Shown: positions 1 through 10,906, counted from the first letter of the whole stretch. The stretch: 63,090 nt of DNA, filler included, from Octopus bimaculoides (GCF_001194135.2; 6 parts of 5 records of this genome joined end to end with filler, not necessarily neighbours in it); one strand, 5' to 3'. Notes: generated from the letters alone by a model not told the origin. Numbers and translations: made by a program.

Positions 1-650
1 ACGTTCAGAATAACGATCAGTATTTTATTGCGTGGGGGTTAGGGTTAGGCATTGAGTAGGGCTTCCGTTTGTGAAAGAATTTTTTCGTAACTTTTCTGTA
101 TTACTTTGGCACTAACGCGTGACCCTTTTGGTAATTTTTTTTTCTGTTACAACCCGCTCCAGAGACTTGCTTCTTGCTTAGGGGAAACCTGCGTATCCGT
201 TGATTAAATTATTCGCAATATTTGAATGAAACTTCAATTTCTTAATCCTCGGTAACAGTAATATAACCTTATCTTCGCTGATACTTCATATAGAGCCTAT
301 ATTATCCTGAGATAGGGATTTTGGTTCAAATAACATCCAAACATGTCCACAGACCACTAAACATGAGCGAAGCATGTCGGGGTAATATTTCTCAGTCTCG
401 TACCTCGACCACATGACTACCTTGTCTTTTAATTTTCACTTTTCGTTTTCTATGACTTAACCAGGAAAGGCGGAACAAATTCCTTTTCAAACATTTCGAG
501 GAATATAGAAGTTAGCTCCAGACTGGATGTTCTGTCCAGAGATTTGAAACGCAGAACTTCGTTGTGAAGACCTTCAAGAGTTACTAGGTGTTAGTGATGG
601 TGTTTTCCTTCTATCATTGGTTACGTATATTACCAATATGGTTGGCTAAA

Positions 651-863
651 AAGGCGGCGAGCTGGCAGAAACTTGAGCACGTCGGGCGAAATGCTTAGCA
701 GTATTTCGTCTGCCGTTATGTTCTGAGTTCAAATTCCGCCGAGGTCGACTTTGCCTTTTATCCTTTCGGGGTCGATAAATTAAGTACCAGTGAAACGCTG
801 AGGTCAATGTAATCGACTGGCCCCCATCCCTCAATTTCGGGCCGTGTTCCTAGAATAGAAAAG
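651..863 (+). mobile_element. tRNA-derived SINE, family A, full length with a 16-bp target-site duplication
   Basis: A-box-like TGGCAGAA, B-box GTTCAAATTCC, core GCCTTTTATCCTTTCGGGGTCGATAAATTAAGTACCAG. AATATGGTTGGCTAAA is duplicated at 635-650 and 864-879. Confidence 0.92.
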
Positions 864-996
864 AATATGGTTGGCTAAAGTTCTCGATTCAAATTGCACC
901 GAAACCGATTTCGAATTTCGTTCGTCTATGGATCGATAAGGTATCAGTTTAGAACTGGTATCGGGCTGATTGCTCTGAGTATTTCTCCATTTTCAG

Positions 997-1074
997 GATA
1001 TTATAATGGAACAAAGAAATTTTCAAATGCTTTGCGCTATTGTTAGAGCATATCTAGAACCTGATAGACCAAAG
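997..1074 (+). CDS. Possible upstream exon of the host gene (DIIMEQRNFQMLCAIVRAYLEPDRPK)
   Basis: Pyrimidine tract ending TTTTCAG at 996, 26 open codons, weak donor AAG|GTTTAA. Its phase does not join exon 2202 directly, so at least one intervening exon is unresolved. Confidence 0.3.
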
Positions 1075-2201
1075 GTTTAACAACGTATGATCAGAACCTT
1101 TCCAAATGTGACAATCCCCATATTTTCCACGCATCTAGAAATGCACAGTACTTTCACATACTTTGTCAGATTTGGCCGATATTTCGGAATTTGATATCCC
1201 CCACCCATAAATTTTTTAAAAGGCAGCACATTTCTTTGTACACAGAAAAAAAACTCCATAACTGAGTTAGTTTCAGTACGGAAGATTAGCGTTCGAGTTA
1301 AGATTATCGTGATGAAATTTTTCTTGAAAGTTCTTGAAATTCTCTTAAATTGTTTGAAAGGAGGTGGGTTGGATTTAACTACTTCGTATCACGTCGACTT
1401 CAAACCTCGGTCAATAAACCTTTGTTTAAAATGTTTTTAAAATGTTTCGACAGGTTCACCCCATTTTCCCCACCGTATTTAAACTGGTTCTTTCTTAGGA
1501 CTTGTTTCCTCGTAACTTTAGTTTAATACTATCAGGCGTTTGAATAAGATACCAGTTTTTGTATGTTATATTTTCAATGAAAGCTGATAGGAGAAAAATA
1601 TATGGACACCATTAAAGATTTTTTTTAATAACCAATTACATGCTTACATCATTCGGTCACATTTGTTAAAGAATACTATAGCTTTTGGCTCTTAAAATAT
1701 CGACCGCATTGTCAGCGCAAGCAACACGATCTGTTGCAGATTAACCATAGTTTGTTGCTTAAAGAAACCTGCGTATCTCTCAATTACCCAGGAGTCCTGC
1801 TTTGACTGCATGACTCTGTCGACGCTCAGAAGAATGATCAGGTTAATCCCCAAAAGATTAGTCCAAAACTTAGGGCGTTCCTGTAATTGGAAATCTAATC
1901 GCATAAGGGTAATGGATTCGGCTCCAACTTTTTTTTCTTTAACTTTTCTGTTTCGACCACTTATTTAAAGCATCTGCGACTATATACACGTAGTTGGCTC
2001 CCTGGAAACTGCTGTTCATGGAGTGTACCAAAGGGAAGAGTTGCTTCTAAGATTTTAATTAACCATTTGTTGAGAAATAGCTATCAAAGAGTGAAAGAGC
2101 ATAAATTTCCGATTCTTCACCCCCCGCTCCAAAAAGTTTAAAAATAAAATTCCATTTTTATTTTCAATAAACCATTAAAGCTTTCTTTTTTTCTTTTCCA
2201 G

Positions 2202-2260
2202 GTTCAGATATCGTAAAGTATTATTTAAACCGTTATCCATCAATGCGATCCAAAATAAAC
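2202..2260 (+). CDS. Host gene exon (xSDIVKYYLNRYPSMRSKIN)
   Basis: Strong acceptor CTTTCTTTTTTTCTTTTCCAG, donor AAC|GTAAGA, 2+57 nt open, joins exon 2399 in frame. Confidence 0.7.
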
Positions 2261-2398
2261 GTAAGAATTAAAAAATTTTTATTGAATTAAAAAAAAAAAA
2301 TTTTTTTTCACTGAATTTGGTGTTTACAAACATTCTGAAATAGAAATTCCTGCAAAGCTGTTATACTGATTCTATATTTACTAATTTATATTTAATAG

Positions 2399-2971
2399 GT
2401 CTTGTATGAATTCTTCTGTTCTGTCGAACAAATGTGCAAGAATTTCGGTCGTTATCTTTTCGACAGTGTAGTTGTTAAGACGGCATTATATCGTCTAGAA
2501 AACGTCATCAAAACATCAGAAGTCCTCTTGAAAAGATTGCTGAGAGTAATCGACGGCGATAATAGTGTTGTGTATAGATGTCACAGATGTCAGTTCTTGA
2601 GTTCGGTCTCTGCTCACAATGATTATGCATCTAGTGAAGATGAGACGGTCCAAATCAGAACACAGAGAGATTGTGGTTTGACCGATGCTGACCATATTAC
2701 AGAAAACGGCTTGTCTGGTCCGCAGAGGGAAAACCTATCGACTTCTCTAGAAAAAGCTGCCGAAAAAGTATCTAGCGAAACCGCAAATGACGCTGACAAG
2801 AGAACTAAAACCGTTGATGGTACTGGACAGGATAGCGAAACAACAGATGTTGCTGGTAACTGGGCAAAACCCGCTTGTAGTGCCGGCAATGACATCGAAA
2901 CCACGAACGCTTCTGACAGCGAAGGCGGAAACACTGACACAATCCACAACGGTCTCATCAATGCTCATAGA
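2399..2971 (+). CDS. Host gene exon, 191 aa: helical N-terminal part with a CHRC motif, then a Thr/Asp/Ser/Glu-rich region
   Basis: Branch-like TACTAAT then TTTAATAG acceptor; coincides with ORF 2402-3004; donor AGA|GTAAGT; phase 0-0. Confidence 0.8.
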
Positions 2972-3320
2972 GTAAGTTATTTTTATAACTGGTCAAGTTT
3001 CTAACTCTATTCTGAACCTTTTGTTTCCCTCGATCATCTTGTATAAACTAATAAGCCAATAGATTCAATATATATATAATACTAACTTCAGGCTAGTTAA
3101 AACCCGTTTGATATTTTAACTTCTAAAGGCAAATTCACTGCAATCACTGGAGAAAAAATTCTCATGGTAAAAGGTGTAAAGACAACTTGTTGCTTACTCT
3201 GATGTTCACTGTTTTAGTTAAATCTACGGCTTTGAATCTGCTCTGATTTATCTCTTCGGTATTTCCCATTGAGGAATGATAAAGAGCCAGAAATGCGCCT
3301 CTCGGAATCCGCTTGTTCAA

Positions 3321-3531
3321 TATTTATATTTGACGGATATTTGTCCTCATCTTAACACAACGTTTCCGCTGATGTACCCTCCAGCCTGCATCAGGCGTCT
3401 TGGAGAAATTTCGAACCTGGGTTCTCATTCCTAAGGTAGTTTTCGATGTTATTATTCAGGTTACTGCTTGGAATCGTACTTGGAATCTTGGGGCTAGTAA
3501 CCCGCGCTCTTAACCACTGTGCCAAATGCCC
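3321..3531 (-). mobile_element. tRNA-headed SINE, family H (hammerhead-bearing); left member of a head-to-head pair
   Basis: Reverse complement reads GGGCATTTGGCACAGTGGTTAAGAGCGCGGGTTACTAGCCCC...CCTGATGCAGGCTGGAGGGTACATCAGCGGAAACGTTGTGTT; colinear with 52277-52589. Confidence 0.88.
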
Positions 3532-3533
3532 AC

Positions 3534-3690
3534 GGGCAAATGGCGTAGTGGTTAAGTGACATGAATATTAATATCGAAAAATGCCTTAGGAATGAGAATC
3601 CAGATTCGAAATTTTCCCCAAGACACCTGATGAAGGCTGGTGGGTATATCAGCCGAAGCGTTGTGTTAAGATGCGGACAAATATCCGTCT
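3534..3690 (+). mobile_element. Family H SINE, right member of the pair, with part of the tRNA head deleted
   Basis: GGGCAAATGGCGTAGTGGTTAAG jumps directly to TGACATGAAT; hammerhead-like segment at 3622-3667. Confidence 0.88.
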
Positions 3691-3812
3691 GCATCCAATG
3701 ACCGAAAGTGTAAAAGAGACGAAGAAAAAAATCGATCAAAACTAGCTTAATCTGAAAGATGTGAATATACTTCAATTCGGTTAAATAATCTACCATTTTT
3801 CTTTAATTCCAG

Positions 3813-3884
3813 GAAGTCGAAGGCATCGAAAAATTCTTTATCTTATTCTACAAGACCTTCGTTTTGTATCCATTTAACGCTTAC
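3813..3884 (+). CDS. Host gene exon (EVEGIEKFFILFYKTFVLYPFNAY)
   Basis: Acceptor TTTTCTTTAATTCCAG, donor TAC|GTAAGT, 72 nt, phase 0-0, no stops. Confidence 0.75.
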
Positions 3885-4214
3885 GTAAGTGTGACACTTT
3901 TCTCTTATTACTTTCGACTGTATTTCTGATCGATCAGACGTATAGTAAACAGCGTTACAAACATGACCACTCCTTTGATTTCTATACAAGATAATACGAC
4001 GTGATTTTAGTGAGATTTGATTGTTTTCAGTAAATCAAACGAGTTTGTATTCCCCGTTTGCAATATATACATTAAATTCTCTATACATCTGGATTCTTGT
4101 ATGCTGATTGTGTATAGTCCCAGACCAACCTTGATTGAGAAGGCCTATGACTTTCCAGAATGGGTCATCCCGTATTATTTAATAATTTGATTCCTTCATT
4201 GACTTTTCTTCTAG

Positions 4215-4307
4215 GTGGCAGTGTTGCATTTCATCCGAAACGTAACTTTTGATGCCAACGACTACTGTCAAAAATTGGGTCCTATAACCTCCTCGGGTCG
4301 CAAAATT
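4215..4307 (+). CDS. Host gene exon (VAVLHFIRNVTFDANDYCQKLGPITSSGRKI)
   Basis: Acceptor GACTTTTCTTCTAG, donor ATT|GTAAGT, 93 nt, phase 0-0. Confidence 0.75.
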
Positions 4308-4637
4308 GTAAGTATAACAAGGTATTTAAGAGAATGAGATTTCTAGTGAATGTTGTGGGTGCTAGTGATTGGTAGAGTTATGTCTATTTTACTAGTTTCA
4401 GTTATGTCTGTGCCCATACTGGGGCACTCTAACAGATTTGGTTGATCGCATCGACCAGTACGTATTTTAAAATTTTATTAGATCGAAAGTCTAAAATATC
4501 ATTTGAAAAAAACGATAAAAAACTTGAAACATTGGTTTATATCTATAATCATAAACACGGACGAGCGCATACGATGAGCTCTCTCAATTTTGTTCAACTA
4601 AATTTTACTAAACGATATTGATCTTTTTGTTTCTCAG

Positions 4638-4755
4638 GTATCGCCTCGTCGCATGATCCGAAATAGATTTCTCTTACAATTGAAGAAAATGACGAATGAA
4701 GTTGTAAATTTGGCTGCCGCAGACGATCGCTTTAAACTGTTTCTCGCTGAGACTG
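4638..4755 (+). CDS. Host gene exon (VSPRRMIRNRFLLQLKKMTNEVVNLAAADDRFKLFLAET-G)
   Basis: Acceptor CTTTTTGTTTCTCAG; donor ACTG|GTAAAT gives phase 1, matching exon 6228. Later donors (for example near 4832) or extra exons at 5.1-5.4 kb cannot be excluded. Confidence 0.6.
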
Positions 4756-4848
4756 GTAAATCCATTTTTGAGTTTATTAACTGGTGTGGTGGTCTCAATT
4801 GCTTTAGGAAAATGGTCTCGATATTTTTTAAGGTTTTTATTTTTTTGT

Positions 4849-5023
4849 CTGTGAGCCGGCAGAATCGTTCGCACGCCGAGCAAAATGCTTTACGTTCTGA
4901 GTTCAAATTCCACCAAGGTCGTCTTTGCGTTTCCATTTTAAGGTCGATAAAATAAATCTGGGGTTGATGTAATCGACTTATCCCCTCCCCCGAAATTACT
5001 GGCCTTGTGCCGAAATTTGAAAC
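4849..5023 (+). mobile_element. SINE family A
   Basis: GCCGGCAGAATCGTT...GTTCTGAGTTCAAATTCC...GGTCGATAAAATA...GGCCTTGTGCC. Confidence 0.88.
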
Positions 5024-6227
5024 TAATATTTTTAGGACTATTTTTAACCATATTTCTGTACCAAAATCTGTTTTCAAATGTATCGCCATGCTTATTCTTA
5101 TTGGCAGACCTAACACACCACTTGTAACTTGGAATGCTTGCTCACTCAATTCTGTCGCAGACTTTGTCTACACCACAGGCCTCGTCTCGGTGTTTCTCTG
5201 GTTGCCTGACTTTCAGACTAGAGGGTATCTTGTCTGATTTCATCAGTCTGGAATGGTGGACTGTCACATCCTATCTCTCACTCCGGAGCTAATTTTTTCT
5301 TTCTTCATAGAAAATACCAAGATTCCCAAGATTCTTATCCAATACAAAATATTGCAAAATTCTGCAACAAACTAAAAATCATTCTTATTCTAAAAATTTA
5401 AACTTGGCAACAAGGTTTAAAATTGATTACCATGATGAACTTCATCGGTTGTTTTATAAATCATTTCCAAAAGTAACCACCTTTTTAAAAGTGATTAGAT
5501 GTGAAAAAACTGAAACCTTGTGGTCTCTCACATCCACTTTACAATGTCATTCAAAAAATAATCACATCATCACGGGATTACAACTTAATTATATGTTCAA
5601 TTAAAAACAATGGATAAACATAACATTTGAAAGTAATTTTGAATGGTAAGTTTAAGACAGTAGGATGTAACATGGGGGAAACTTGGCTGGTCTTCGTTGG
5701 TTGCGCGACTACATGACTCTTTTACCACATAAAACATGTAGCTACATAAATTTTCAATGAAATAGGTGCAGAATTTCTAATAGGCATTTAAAGTCTTTCA
5801 CAAACTATGCTATCTTCAGTCTGCATACTTCATATTCTCATTCGATTTTTAGTGTATGAATACTTCTAAATTTTAATTTACATTTGTTAATCTGTTTTAA
5901 TTTTCGATAACGTAATTTCCGATAATAAATCGGAAGAAAATAATGGGAGATAACTTCCGTAATATAATTGAATGCAGTGTGGGAGTTGTCCCATCTTCGG
6001 CAATTCGGCGTTTATTGTAATCAACCGGTGTAGGATGTAAACATACGAAAAACGTCGGTGCTACCCGAACGCTGTCCCTTTTAAAAATTCCTGAACCACG
6101 TTAGACATCTTAGCACTTTTAAAGCCAAATAAGATGAAGCGAACCAACAACTGTTAAGCAGTCGCTATATATCTTTTAAAAAGTTGAGATCCTAGTTGAA
6201 ATCTTCTCTTTCTCCTATATTTCACAG

Positions 6228-6331
6228 GTGACTTGATAATTAACTGCAACCAATCAACTTCACGAAAAAGGAAGATTTCACTGGATGACTTGGACGCTTG
6301 CAGTAGCAGCAGTGGTGATCCGGATTACGTG
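6228..6331 (+). CDS. Host gene exon (GDLIINCNQSTSRKRKISLDDLDACSSSSGDPDYV), with an RKRK basic patch
   Basis: Acceptor TCTTTCTCCTATATTTCACAG, donor GTG|GTGGGT, phase 1 to 0, joins exon 7329 in frame. Confidence 0.7.
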
Positions 6332-6353
6332 GTGGGTATATTATTATTATTAT

Positions 6354-6905
6354 TGTGGCGAACTGGGAGTTGTTATCGCGCCGGATAATATGCTGAGCGG
6401 TATTTTATCCATCTTTACGTTCCGAGTTCAAAGGCCGCCTTTGCATTTCATCCTTTCGAGGTCGATAAAATACCAGTTAAGTACAGGTCGATATAATCAA
6501 TTTACCCCATTCCTTCAAAGAACTGTTGTCCCTGTACCACAATTTGAAACCATTTGCATAAGACGGCGAGATGGCACAATAGTTACCGAGCCATTTCTTC
6601 CGGTTCTAAACGTTCTGACTTCATATGCTGCCGAAGGCCGACTTTGCCTTTCATACTTTTATGGTCGATAAAATTATAACCAGTTCAAGCATTGGGATCG
6701 ATGTCACTATGTCCTCTCACCCAAAATTCAGTCCTTGTGTAAAGAAAAGAAAAACAACAAAAGGTTGCGTGTTAGGACTCGTTTTCTGTTAAATTTCCTT
6801 AGGATATTTATTTTTGCTCTTTACGTTCTGTATTCAAATCTCAACGAGATCAGCTTTACCTTTCAGATAACTTGGGGTCGATAGAATAAAGTGCCAATCA
6901 AATGC
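6354..6905 (+). mobile_element. Three same-strand SINE family A copies (about 6354-6550, 6562-6752, 6810-6905)
   Basis: Each has the ACGTTCTGAGTTCAAA-like B-box segment and the GGTCGATAAA core; the third is a fragment. Confidence 0.8.
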
Positions 6906-7328
6906 TAAAGACAACCTTTTTTTCAAACACATTGGGGTCAGCTTAAATGAGAAAGCATTCCAATCTGTTTTGCACCTTTATTTCATGTGAATAACTTCAT
7001 CCAGCTTCTACTTCGTTTATTATTAAGAGAAATATGGTGAGATGGAATGAAGCCTCGGTTTAAATGAGAAAAGAAACTAAATGCGTTGAGTACATTTTTT
7101 TCTCTTGTTTGTACGCGCGCACACATTCGCGCATATACATTTGTGAAAATCGGTGTGACTAACCTCCCCGCACAGATTGGTGCCTTTTCCTCACTAATTC
7201 AGCCTTTTTCTTCAAATTGATTTTTTCTTCGCTCTAATTTCTTTTTTACAAATTAGTGTTTGTATCTGGCAATGTTGTGTATTTCACTAATTTATCTGAG
7301 AAATGGAAATTTTTTTTTCTCTCTTTAG

Positions 7329-8300
7329 CCTGAAATACCATATTCGGATTTGGAGTCTGAAAGTCTTTCAGAAGAGGATTTTTCTGGTGAAGATGATGAA
7401 ATTGAAGATTGCGAAGTTCCTCAAGATACCCATGGAGCTGAAACCCAAACAGATGGCGTCAAGCATGCTAAAGACTCGAATAACGGTGTTAAAGATTTCG
7501 ATATCAAGAATAAAATAAACGATATTAAGGATATTGAGAATAAGATGAATGATGCACGGGATGTGGAGAATGAAACGAACGAGGATGGGGAGAATGAAAA
7601 GAACGAGAGTGTGAAGAATGAGGGTGTGAGGAATGGGGAGAATGAAATGAATGAGGATGGGGAGAATGAAACCAGTGAGGGTGTGAAGAATGAAACGAAC
7701 GAGGGTGTGAAGAATGAAATGAATGAGGGTGTGAAGAATGAGGTGAATGAGGATGGGGAGAATGAAATGAATGAGGGTGTGGAGAATGAAATGAAAGAGG
7801 GTGTGAGGAATGGGGAGAATGAAAAGAATGAGGATGGCGAGAATGAAAAGAATGAGGATGGCGAGAATGAAATGAATGAGGATGGGGAGAATGAAACGAA
7901 CGAGGATGGGGAGAATGAAACGAACGAGGGTGTGAAGAATGAAATGAACGAGGGTGGGAAGAATGAAATGAACGAGGGTGGGAAGAATGAAATGAACGAG
8001 GGTGGGAAGAATGAAATGAACGAGGGTGGGAAGAATGAAATGAACGAGGGTGGGAAGAATGAAATGAACGAGGGTGGGAAGAATGAAATGAACGAGGGTG
8101 GGAAGAATGAAATGAATGAGGGTGTGAAGAATGAGGTGAATGAGGATGGGGAGAATGAAATGAACGAGGGTGTGGAGAATGAAATGACTGTGAATGGTAT
8201 TCAAGCAAGCAATATTTGTGAAACTGATAGTCCGGGAAAAGAGGTTATTCTACAGAACAATGGTAAGAAGACGGCTCCAGTTTCGGAAGAGGTTGACTAA
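7329..8300 (+). CDS. Terminal exon: acidic region plus 8-aa Asn/Glu/Gly tandem repeat
   Basis: TTCACTAAT branch-like site and TTTTTTTTCTCTCTTTAG acceptor; ORF 7350-8300 is in the same frame; TAA stop followed by two AATAAA signals. Confidence 0.8.
   Translation, partial: PEIPYSDLESESLSEEDFSGEDDEIEDCEVPQDTHGAETQTDGVKHAKDSNNGVKDFDIKNKINDIKDIENKMNDARDVENETNEDGENEKNESVKNEGVRNGENEMNEDGENETSEGVKNETNEGVKNEMNEGVKNEVNEDGENEMNEGVENEMKEGVRNGENEKNEDGENEKNEDGENEMNEDGENETNEDGENETNEGVKNEMNEGGKNEMNEGGKNEMNEGGKNEMNEGGKNEMNEGGKNEMNEGGKNEMNEGGKNEMNEGVKNEVNEDGENEMNEGVENEMTVNGIQASNICETDSPGKEVILQNNGKKTAPVSEEVD
7566..8186 (+). repeat. Coding minisatellite, 24-nt unit (KNEMNEGG / ENEMNEDG variants), about 25 units
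   Basis: AAGAATGAAATGAACGAGGGTGGG is repeated perfectly 7 times at about 7937-8104, with degenerate units on both sides. Confidence 0.95.
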
Positions 8301-8538
8301 GAATTATAACGGGCTCTGAAATGCAAAACAAAAATGAAACAGTAAAAATGTCGGTTCAGTTATTTGAAGGAAGGACCGTTAAGCTTGACACTATTGCCTT
8401 TATTCGTAACGATGATCCAATATTATTATTATTAGCCAACATAAGCCTTTTCTTTGTTTTTATTTGTTAATGAGCATTTTATCATCACTCTTTATAAACC
8501 TTGTCTTTTTTTTTCCTTCATAAATTACCTTTTTGTCT

Positions 8539-8555
8539 AATAAAGATTTAATAAA
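8539..8555 (+). promoter_or_regulatory. Candidate polyadenylation signals
   Basis: AATAAA at 8539-8544 and 8550-8555, about 240 nt after the stop codon. The hexamer is common in AT-rich DNA. Confidence 0.4.
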
Positions 8556-9415
8556 CGTTCAGAACTCGTTTAGAGTACAATCCTTTAAACAACATCTTCT
8601 AAATCTAGTTCATGGCGGATATTCATGTGATCGTTGTAGTTTAGTTCTAGGGAAAACCTTATCAAAGTCCAGTCAATAATAGTTGATTCTGCAAATCATA
8701 AAACGGTTTCTTTTTTTTTTTTTTTTTTTTTTTTGCATAGTGGAGATCAAAGAACAAGAATTAATGTTGCGCTCATATATGTAGGCGAAGATAATTTCAA
8801 GAAAACCAGCTTTAATGTCTTTGGGCCAACACTAAATAATTAAAAACAAACAAAAATCGGTCAGAAAACACCACATACCCAAGTAAATTATTTTTCAATG
8901 CTTGACTTGTTTGTGTGTGTGTTAATTTATCTGTGAACAAGTTTCAGTTTCTGTGCGCGCGATACTTTCGCGTTCTATTGTAAGATATTTCAGAGACAGC
9001 AGCTGGACAAGTCTAAATCAAATCACACCATATTGCGGTAATCCTCGATAAGCCATGGATAAAATGCAGACGGGATGGTCGCGGCCGGGACGTCTCGAAC
9101 AATATTTCTACTGTATCAGAGTTAATCTGGGGGTTAAACGACGTCAATGGAAGATATAACAGCTGGATAAAGGAGTGAGACAGTTACCGTCCAACTAATT
9201 TATTCATGTATTTATGTACACACATACGCGTCTTGGTTACCCTTGAAAAACAGAGCTCTTTGTTTATGTTCGGTACTATAGTGGTTCGACAAATGGGTAA
9301 AACAAGCAGATGTAAATAATACTGCGGTAAATTGGAGCCATTCAGAACAGTACTGCAGACCTGGAATTAGGAAAGAATGGTCAGTGGAGGGATTAAGCTT
9401 TAATTCTCTTTTAAT

Positions 9416-9597
9416 TGTTTCAGTCATTTGACTGTGGCCATGCTGGAGCACCGCCTTTTAGTCGAGCAGATCGACCCCAGGACTTATTATTTCTAAGCCG
9501 AGTACTTATTCTACCAGTCTCTTTTGCAGGACCGCTAAGTTACGGGGACGTAAACACCAGCATCGGTTGTCAAGAGATTTTGGGGGTACAAACACAG

Positions 9598-9631
<34 letters not shown>

Positions 9632-9809
9632 GTGTATATATATATATATATATACGACGTGCTGCTTTCAGTTTCCGTCTACCAAATCCACTCATAAGGC
9701 CTTGGTCTGCCCGAGGCTATAGTAGACACTTGATCAAGATGCCACGCAGTGGGACTGAACCCGGAATCATGTGGTTCATAAGCAAGCTACTTACCACACA
9801 GTCACTCCT
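9416..9809 (-). mobile_element. tRNA-derived SINE, family B (CORE-like), with an internal CA/TA microsatellite
   Basis: Reverse complement starts AGGAGTGACTGTGTGGTAAG, has B-box GGTTCAGTCCC and a CORE-like GGCATCTTGATCAAGTGTCT segment; colinear with 50150-50552 and 62663-63080. Confidence 0.92.
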
Positions 9810-10324
9810 ACGACTATGTATATAAACATCAAACACACCGTAATGTACCATCGATAGTAGATAGAAGAAATTGTCCTTTTTACTGTTCAAAAATCGAGCT
9901 ATACAAGCAAAAAGATGGGACAGCAATAGGTCCAAATTCGCAGCGTCCTATGCAATACAGAGCGAAGCGGAAACAAAACATAAACGTACGGTATACAATA
10001 GGTGTGTGGTGTTGTATTCATCGTGAGAGATACATTGGAAGACACGAGACATTTAAGAAAGATCTAGAAAATAGCTCCTATGCTAAAAATCAACATCCGC
10101 AAAAGTATATATATAAAAGAAAACTTCTTGCGATAAAATGGAAATTTTTTTGGCATCATAAACATTCTGATAAAAAACAACGGATACGTCTGTTTATCTA
10201 TGACAAAGATAAAATTAACTGCAGATACTAAAACAGAGGAGGAATAACAGAAGAATCTACCAGATGAATTGGTTTTCATATCAGTGCTGTGAAACGACAT
10301 AATGGCTTTGAATTTTTGCACAAG

Positions 10325-10490
10325 ACTAACAAGTTCGGGCGTACGGGGCTATACAATTATATCGATCCCAGTGCGAATCTGGTGCTTATTTTATCGATCT
10401 GGAACGGATGAAAGGCAAAATCGGTATCGGCGGAATTTGAACTCAGAACGTAAAGGCGGACGAAATGCAGCATTTTGTCCGGCGTGTTTT
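10325..10490 (-). mobile_element. SINE family A, diverged
   Basis: Plus strand GGCGGAATTTGAACTCAGAACGT and TTTATCGATC is the reverse complement of the family A core. Confidence 0.85.
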
Positions 10491-10659
10491 AGATTCTAGT
10501 CTCAAGATGCTTTTTCATATAAAATTGAAGGGTTGATCGACCAACAATTGTGGGGTTAATTAATCTTCTCATACATACATACAACCATAACACGCGCGCA
10601 CCCCCACACTTTCATGTGTGACAGAAACTCTAAGTAACAAAATACTGGTAGCTATTAGC

Positions 10660-10690
<31 letters not shown>

Positions 10691-10699
10691 ATATATATA

Positions 10700-10906
10700 T
10701 ATAGGCATGTTCCCCATACCACTTCACAACCACTATTGGTTTGTTTACGTCCCTGCAACATAGTAGTTCGCCAAAAGGGGCTTATAGAATAAGTACTAGA
10801 CTTAGGCAAAAAGAAAATTAGAAATGTGCTGGGGTCAATTTGTTCGGCTAAACCCTTCAACGCGGTGACCCATTAGGGCATCAGTCCAATGATTGAAGCA
10901 AGTAAA
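10700..10906 (+). mobile_element. SINE family B, 3' half
   Basis: TTTACGTCCCTGCAACATAG...ATAGAATAAGTACTAG...TGGGGTCAATTTGTTCGGCTAA, downstream of a GTCT/TA microsatellite. Confidence 0.75.

Noticed and set aside
36-49. GGGTTAGGGTTAGG as interstitial telomere
   Set aside because: Only about two units, too short to call.
2623-5149. Minus-strand ORFs 2623-2961, 2747-2968 and 4634-5149
   Set aside because: Antisense to supported exons or running through a SINE; no independent splice or motif support.
5161-5414. Extra exons at 5161-5225 and 5311-5414
   Set aside because: Acceptors exist, but I found no phase combination using both that stays open into exon 6228, and 4755 to 6228 already joins in frame.
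7937-8104. Regular repeat array as a possible CRISPR
   Set aside because: Units are contiguous with no spacers, there are no cas genes, and the context is eukaryotic.
7368-8208. Two long minus-strand ORFs (HFILPTLV and HSSHPRSF repeats)
   Set aside because: Shadows of the 24-nt repeat. Only the plus frame has splice support and non-repetitive flanks.
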